A stretch of DNA of 64,000 nt from Candidatus Velesiimonas alkalicola (GTDB lineage: Bacteria > Omnitrophota > Gorgyraeia > Velesiimonadales > Velesiimonadaceae): assembly GCA_013626165.1 (NCBI GenBank), contig NDHX01000001.1, positions 36,817-100,816 of the forward strand. The letters are read 5' to 3'. Every line of letters begins with the position of its first letter. The stretch's first letter is position 1. Shown here in pieces: positions 58,946-64,000 of this stretch. The notes under the pieces are model-generated. The model worked only from the letters and a program-made list of their open reading frames with translations, was not told the DNA's origin and did no database searches. Position numbers and translations under genes: made by a program.

Positions 58946-60394
58946 ATGATTAAGTCAAATAGCAGAGAACTGTGGAATAAAGTTTTTGCAAAGGCGGGGC
59001 ATGTTTTTCTACCAGTAGGCAAAAAAGTTTTGCGTAATTCCAGGTTGAGAAAAATTGCTTTTACTAAGGCAAAAGAGCGATTGCGCAAAATGGCGCTAAA
59101 TCGGGAAAGTAAACGAGCTGAAGATGGATACTATATGTTCATAGCTCTTTTACACTCTATTGAGCAAATGCTGGATAGCAACGTTTCTCCTAAATGTTTT
59201 GACGCTCTAACAGATATTTTTATGGGGAAATTATTAGGTGGAGGGGAAGCTAAACCAAAAAAGATATTTCTGGAGGAAACGGGGAGGGAAACGCCTTTTT
59301 TTGTGCTTGTATGTCCGACACAACTCTGCAATTTAAAATGTCCGGGTTGCTATACAGCTTCAGGGAAAAACGGAGATACGCTTAAGTATGAGGTATTTGA
59401 TAGAATTGTGAGAGAAATAAAAGAATTGTGGGGCGCTCATTTTATTGTCCTCTCGGGTGGGGAACCGCTTCTCTATCCACGCCTGTTTGATATTGCAAAA
59501 AAGCACCAGGATGTTCTCTTTTTGATGTACAGTAATGGTACCCTTATAAACGAGAAAATGGCCCAAAGATTAGCTGAAGCCGGCAACATTACCCCGGCTA
59601 TATCCGTGGAAGGATTTGAAAAAGAGACAGACGCAAGAAGGGGGGAAGGTGTTTATCAAAAGATACTTACAGCTTTTGCTAATATGAGGAATGCCGGAGT
59701 TCCTTTCGGGATTTCGGTAACTGCTACGAGTAAGAATATAGATGTGATAACCAGTGATGAGTTCTATGACTTCTACTTTGAGCAACAAGGAGTGAAATAT
59801 CAGTGGCAGTTCCACTATATGCCTGTGGGAAGATCGTATACGCTTGAGCTTATGCCTACTCCCCAGCAGAGGCTTTTTACAAGAGAAAGAAAACGAAAAA
59901 TGGAACGAGAAAAGGAGTATTTCATAGGTGATTTCTGGAACGATGGGCCATCATGTAGAGGATGTCTGGCAGCAGGTAGAGGTGGAGGCTATTTTAATAT
60001 AACCGGATCGGGCGATTGTACGCCCTGTGGATTTCAGCCATATACAGCAGATAATATAAATGATATTTATGAAAAAGGCGGGAATTTGAATACTGTTCTC
60101 AAGTCTGATTTCTTCCGCGCAGTAAGAAAATGGCAAGACAACTATGCATACGGAAAATCTGATTTAGAGCAGGATAATCTTCTAATGACCTGTCCGATTA
60201 GAGATCATTATAAGGAATTTTATGAGCATATATTACAGAAACATCATCCCAGACCTATTTATCCCGAGGCAGGAGCAGCGTTAGAGGATGAAGAATACAG
60301 GAAGGGCATGATAGATTATGGTAAAAGCCTGAAGAGGTTGTCGGCCCCTATTTGGAACAAGGAATATCTTAACAAAAATGACAGCAGTAGATGA
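58946..60394 (+). CDS. Radical SAM enzyme with a C-terminal Cys-rich (SPASM/twitch-like) auxiliary-cluster region and a ~110-aa N-terminal extension
   Basis: CNLKCPGC (CxxxCxxC) followed by SGGEPLL. The C-terminal CRGC...C..C cysteine cluster. 482 aa. Strong RBS. Confidence 0.75.
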   Translation: MIKSNSRELWNKVFAKAGHVFLPVGKKVLRNSRLRKIAFTKAKERLRKMALNRESKRAEDGYYMFIALLHSIEQMLDSNVSPKCFDALTDIFMGKLLGGGEAKPKKIFLEETGRETPFFVLVCPTQLCNLKCPGCYTASGKNGDTLKYEVFDRIVREIKELWGAHFIVLSGGEPLLYPRLFDIAKKHQDVLFLMYSNGTLINEKMAQRLAEAGNITPAISVEGFEKETDARRGEGVYQKILTAFANMRNAGVPFGISVTATSKNIDVITSDEFYDFYFEQQGVKYQWQFHYMPVGRSYTLELMPTPQQRLFTRERKRKMEREKEYFIGDFWNDGPSCRGCLAAGRGGGYFNITGSGDCTPCGFQPYTADNINDIYEKGGNLNTVLKSDFFRAVRKWQDNYAYGKSDLEQDNLLMTCPIRDHYKEFYEHILQKHHPRPIYPEAGAALEDEEYRKGMIDYGKSLKRLSAPIWNKEYLNKNDSSR

Positions 60395-60670
60395 TTCTGA
60401 TTTAGCAGAGGGCATGGATAAAAAAATGGATAAGAAATTTTTGTTTGACAAGATGGTTGCCGCTGCGTATAATTAAATAGTAAATACTCTAGTAAACATC
60501 GTTCCCTCTCTCTGTCATTCCTGCATGTTTTAAGCAGGAATCTGGATTCCTGCTCACTGCCCCTGATTAAATCAGGGGGACACGGGGTTGACTGAATATT
60601 TGGCATTAAATATGAGGGCGAGTTGATGGGTTCAGGAAGAAGCAGGAAGAAACATGAGGAGGTGATAATC

Positions 60671-60973
60671 ATGCAAGATGTTTTAAAGAAAGTATTTAAT
60701 TTGGGCCTTGGGGCGATAGTCATCACCAAAGAAAAAGCAGAGGAAGTTGTGAAGGAGTTGGTTAAAAAAGGCGAGGTTGGCGAGGAAGAAAGTAGAAAAT
60801 TAGTCAATAAATTGATTGAAAAGGGACAAGAGAGTAGGAAGGAGATGCAAACACAGATAGAGAAGACAGTTAAGGGTGTAATAGAAAAGCTGGATATATC
60901 AACCCGCAGTGAACTAGAGGGGCTTAAATCTGAGATTGAACGGCTAAAAGAAAACTTGGGTAAGAAAAAATAG
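60671..60973 (+). CDS. Phasin-family (PHA-granule-associated-like) small coiled-coil protein
   Basis: MQDVLKKVFNLGLGAIVITKEKAEEVVKELVKKGEV matches the phasin (PF05597-like) N-terminus. Strong RBS GAGGAGG. The upstream ORF extension from 60623 is unlikely. Confidence 0.65.
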   Translation: MQDVLKKVFNLGLGAIVITKEKAEEVVKELVKKGEVGEEESRKLVNKLIEKGQESRKEMQTQIEKTVKGVIEKLDISTRSELEGLKSEIERLKENLGKKK

Positions 60974-61150
60974 CAGAAGAAAGCCTGCTCTTGCAAATGC
61001 TCTACTAGAACCCCGGGCCATGGTGTGTCCTATCAACTGAATTGTAGTTACTTGATTTATCAAGCTAAACGCTCTATACTTTCCTGGTATCAAGAAAATA
61101 AATCTCTCCTCTCTGTGGATAGTTGGCGGTATTCATGTTCGCCAGTTCTC

Positions 61151-61405
61151 CTATTCTTGGTATAGTGGGAAATGTTTATCAGAGTATTGTCTGAAATGGC
61201 GAAGTAGCTTCTGGTCGGTCTGATGGATTTCTTGATAAAGCTGAGCTAACTTCTTATTTTCCTTCCGGGGGAATTCTTCCAGATAGGCCTTTAGCGCCAG
61301 TCTATAAAACATGCTCCGGTTAAGACCTGTGCGATCTCGCATTTCTTCTACCTGTCGAACCAATGTCTTCGGTAGGCTAACAGCTACCCTCTCTACTTGA
61401 GTCAT
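61151..61405 (-). CDS. Ribbon-helix-helix (CopG/MetJ-like) DNA-binding protein
   Basis: VAVSLPKTLVRQVEEMRDRTGLNRSMFYRLALKAYLEE is a typical RHH beta-alpha-alpha N-terminus, 84 aa. Confidence 0.65.
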   Translation of the reverse strand: MTQVERVAVSLPKTLVRQVEEMRDRTGLNRSMFYRLALKAYLEEFPRKENKKLAQLYQEIHQTDQKLLRHFRQYSDKHFPLYQE

Positions 61406-61504
61406 TTCCTGTTCCTCCTTCTCCTGAACAAGCGCTTAATCCATTACTACTTTCTGATTAAAGTATGACACATGTGTGAAAACTTGTCAAAAAAATCCGC
61501 GATT

Positions 61505-62152
61505 TTACTTTATCAGGCAAAACAGGAGGAGGGTAACTATTTCCATTAATTCCGCCGTTGCCCTCAGGACATCGCCGGTTATTCCTTCCAGCTTCCTTAA
61601 GCTAAACCAGCGAAGAGTCAGGGTGGCTAAACAAACAATTGCCATAAGGGGAATGACAAAAAACCTAAAGAGCAACAAAGAGACGATAAAAGTGATAAGG
61701 CTGGCTCTGACGAGGCTTCGATAATCATCTTGGCCGGAAGAGGAAAATCTTTCCCGGCTTATCCCCCGGGCATAAGGGGCAAGAGTTCCTATGACCACCA
61801 TAGCCCAGCGGCCCATAAGGGGCATAAGAAGAAGCGCCCCCAACTCTACCCTCTCAACCAAGCTATAGAGAAGAGCAAATTTAATTAATAGCAGGAGGAT
61901 TAGAGCCACAACTCCCCGGAAACCAGGACGGCTCTCTCGCATGATAGTTAGGGCTTCATCCCCATGTTTTCCGCTGAAGAACCCCTCGCAGGCAGCAACA
62001 AATCCCCCCAGGGGTAAAGCTCCGGTGAGGATAACCAAAACAATCAAAACTATAGCTTTAGCCACTAAAGGCGGAAACAAGGAGGAACTAACCAGGTTAA
62101 CCAGAATTAGGATTGCCCCCAGAAGCAGTCCCACCAGGGGAAAATAGGTCAT
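61505..62152 (-). CDS. cobS: Adenosylcobinamide-GDP ribazoletransferase (cobalamin 5'-phosphate synthase)
   Basis: CobS motifs FPLVGLLLGAI and C-terminal LEGITGDVLRATAELMEIV. The conserved LQFLTIIP N-terminal segment lies upstream of the annotated ATG in the same frame without an ATG, so the true start is further upstream (to ~62200) with a non-ATG start or an indel. Confidence 0.75.
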   Translation of the reverse strand: MTYFPLVGLLLGAILILVNLVSSSLFPPLVAKAIVLIVLVILTGALPLGGFVAACEGFFSGKHGDEALTIMRESRPGFRGVVALILLLLIKFALLYSLVERVELGALLLMPLMGRWAMVVIGTLAPYARGISRERFSSSGQDDYRSLVRASLITFIVSLLLFRFFVIPLMAIVCLATLTLRWFSLRKLEGITGDVLRATAELMEIVTLLLFCLIK

Positions 62153-62515
62153 TGATTTGGTCAGGTCATTTCCGCTGACTGTCTCTTTCAGCTTTGTGGG
62201 GATAATGGTCAGAAACTGCAGAGGTTCGTTGCATAGTTCTCATTTGTGTAGTATAATTATAAAGGAAAGTCAACTGTTCAGGTGGATAGACTGTTAGACT
62301 GTAGGTGCCCACAGCCTAAATAACTTGAATACTAAGGTTACATTGATTTGGTGTTAAGCAACAGGCGACAGGGACAGGTGACTGGAAAACAGAAAAAAAC
62401 GAAAACACTAAGATTCTTAGTCACACACACCTTTTGTCCGCCTACTTATAATTTATGGAAAGTCCATTAGGCAGATACAATCTCAAGATTTCCCTAAAAA
62501 GAGAGGATAACTAAG

Positions 62516-63652
62516 ATGGAAGGACCAAGAAGGGTCAGGAAAAAAGAATTTAATGAATTGATGTGGTTCTTGGAAAGAGTCTACGGACATCCAAAAGGCT
62601 TTTTTCCGCTTCATTACCCTGCCGTCTGGAGGGAAGAGACGGTTGATTTAGAGAATATATTTATTATCAAAGAGAAAGGTAAAATTGTAAGCCATGTTGG
62701 TCTATTTCCTCTAAATGTTAGGGTAGGAAAAAAGCTCGCCAAAGTTGGAGGAATTGGTGGTGTAGCTACTCTTCCAGAATGGCGTGGAAAAGGATTAATG
62801 ACTAAACTTCTCAATTACGCGGTTAAAAAAATGGAGGAAGAAAAGTACTCTTTTTCTGTGCTCTGGGGAGATAGACAACGGTATGGGAATTTTGGCTATG
62901 AATTAGCCGGAAGGCAGATAAACTTAACCTTAAATAAAAGGTCATTGGAAAAAATGCCCAATCTTTCCAATCTAAAATTAAAAAGATATGAGGGGAAAGA
63001 AATAGAGTTAAAGAAGATTATCTCTATGCATAAAAAAGAACCTTTTTCTGTCCAAAGAAAAGATAAAGATTATAAAATTTTACTGGAAAGACCGGACATA
63101 GTCACATACCTTGGTTATAAAAATAGAGAGGATGCTTACCTTATCTTGAAAGAAAATTCTGTTATAGAATTTGGTGGAAACTTGGAAGTTATATTATCTT
63201 CCATCTTTTCTCTCATCCAAACTTTCAATCTGGGAAATATCAATATATCTGTTCCATTTAAGTATCCTTTGCTTGCTCTTTTCTTAAAAGCCACCTGTGT
63301 TTTTTCTGTCTCCTCTTTTTGTATGTTAAAAATTATAGATTTAAGAAGGATTCTGGAAACTTTTATTTATCAAATAGAAGAAAGGTACTTAAAAAGTGGA
63401 ATGACTCTAAAAAAAGCAATTACCCTTTATCTTTCTGGCACAGAGCAAAAAGCAACTCTTCTTTTTGATAAAGGAATAAAAATTAGTCAAAAAGAGGTAA
63501 AAGACATGGTAATACTTCCAGAGCAAGAAATGGTAAAACTTCTTTTTGGAACCCTTCCCCCTGATTCTTTTTTAAAATTAGAAAAAGAGAAACTCTTTTT
63601 AAACTTTTTCTTTCCCCTTGATTTCTACATCTGGTCACTTGATTCTGTTTAA
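62516..63652 (+). CDS. Eis-like GNAT N-acetyltransferase (GNAT domains plus SCP2-like C-terminal domain)
   Basis: HVGLFPLNV..GGIGGVATLPEWRGKGLMTKLLNYAVKKM acetyl-CoA binding region. ~380 aa, as expected for the Eis family. Confidence 0.65.
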   Translation: MEGPRRVRKKEFNELMWFLERVYGHPKGFFPLHYPAVWREETVDLENIFIIKEKGKIVSHVGLFPLNVRVGKKLAKVGGIGGVATLPEWRGKGLMTKLLNYAVKKMEEEKYSFSVLWGDRQRYGNFGYELAGRQINLTLNKRSLEKMPNLSNLKLKRYEGKEIELKKIISMHKKEPFSVQRKDKDYKILLERPDIVTYLGYKNREDAYLILKENSVIEFGGNLEVILSSIFSLIQTFNLGNINISVPFKYPLLALFLKATCVFSVSSFCMLKIIDLRRILETFIYQIEERYLKSGMTLKKAITLYLSGTEQKATLLFDKGIKISQKEVKDMVILPEQEMVKLLFGTLPPDSFLKLEKEKLFLNFFFPLDFYIWSLDSV

Positions 63653-63710
63653 CCTCTTTTAAAGACAATTTTACAACGCTCACAGATACAGCAGGCAGGA
63701 AGGCAGAAGG

Positions 63711-64000
63711 TATGAACATAGTTGTTGCACTATCAGGTGGGGTCGACAGTAGCGTTGCTGCTGCACAGTTGTGTAAGAAGCAGAACAGGGTTATTGGTAT
63801 TACAATGAGGCTGTGGCCTGATTGGCTTTGTGGAACTCAGCATCAGAGATCCTGCTGCGGTCTTCAATCCATACAGGATGCCCGTCTTGTTGCAGAAAAG
63901 TTAAACATCCCGTTCTATGTTCTTAATATGGGAAAGGAGTTTGAGAAAGAGGTTATTGTTCCATTCTGTGAAGAGTACTTAAAGGGGAGAACGCCAAACC
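63711..64000 (+). CDS. mnmA: tRNA-specific 2-thiouridylase MnmA, N-terminal part (continues beyond the window)
   Basis: PP-loop VVALSGGVDSSVAA at the N-terminus. Open to the window end. Confidence 0.85.

Noticed and set aside
60316-60996. 226-aa minus-strand ORF, Ser/Leu/Phe-rich
   Set aside because: It is antisense to the phasin gene and its strong RBS, with low-complexity composition and no start context. The plus-strand phasin call is far better supported.
1-64000. CRISPR array or cas genes
   Set aside because: No series of regularly spaced identical 25-40 bp repeats was seen. The tandem and hairpin repeats found are 2-copy or irregular and lack spacer architecture.

Overview
The window is AT-rich (roughly mid-30s % GC by eye), compact bacterial chromosome with many overlapping start/stop codons. 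It is mostly a housekeeping backbone, read left to right: proC (3' end), ileS, a DksA/TraR zinc-finger gene, lspA, lgt, rluD, tRNA-Ser(GGA), a ThuA-Gfo/Idh/MocA fusion oxidoreductase, pabC-pabB (minus strand), an EF-G paralog, yebC-ruvC, cysE, a corrinoid protein, accD, argC-argJ, a GH57 glycoside hydrolase (minus), tRNA-Arg (minus), a GT9 heptosyltransferase (minus), a Lon-like protease, polA, glgA, coaE, rho, rpmE, prfA-prmC, murA, rpsP-trmD-rplS-rnhB-yraN, a flavodoxin gene, then an accessory block, then truB, lepA, an MFS transporter, lepB and gatB. The right end holds a compositionally distinct high-GC TetR-TolC-MFP-RND efflux operon (minus strand), marR, a disrupted GT28 lipid glycosyltransferase, a radical-SAM/SPASM-like enzyme, a phasin, a ribbon-helix-helix gene, cobS, an Eis-like GNAT and the start of mnmA. 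The LPS heptosyltransferase and the TolC/RND system point to a Gram-negative-type envelope; flavodoxin, the corrinoid protein and radical SAM suggest an anaerobe. The main accessory features are a Type II restriction-modification pair (a candidate endonuclease plus a beta-class amino-methyltransferase) bracketed by imperfect direct repeats and followed by a graveyard of IS630/IS110 transposase and metabolic-gene fragments. Several families of short palindromic or hairpin repeats recur at distant loci; one is inserted in-frame as a 2 x 36 bp tandem inside glgA, and another forms the last codons of coaE. Other curiosities are an rplS 3' extension that overlaps the rnhB start in another frame, and a GT28 gene disrupted by an internal deletion plus a poly-A frameshift. 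I found no CRISPR array and no rRNA.
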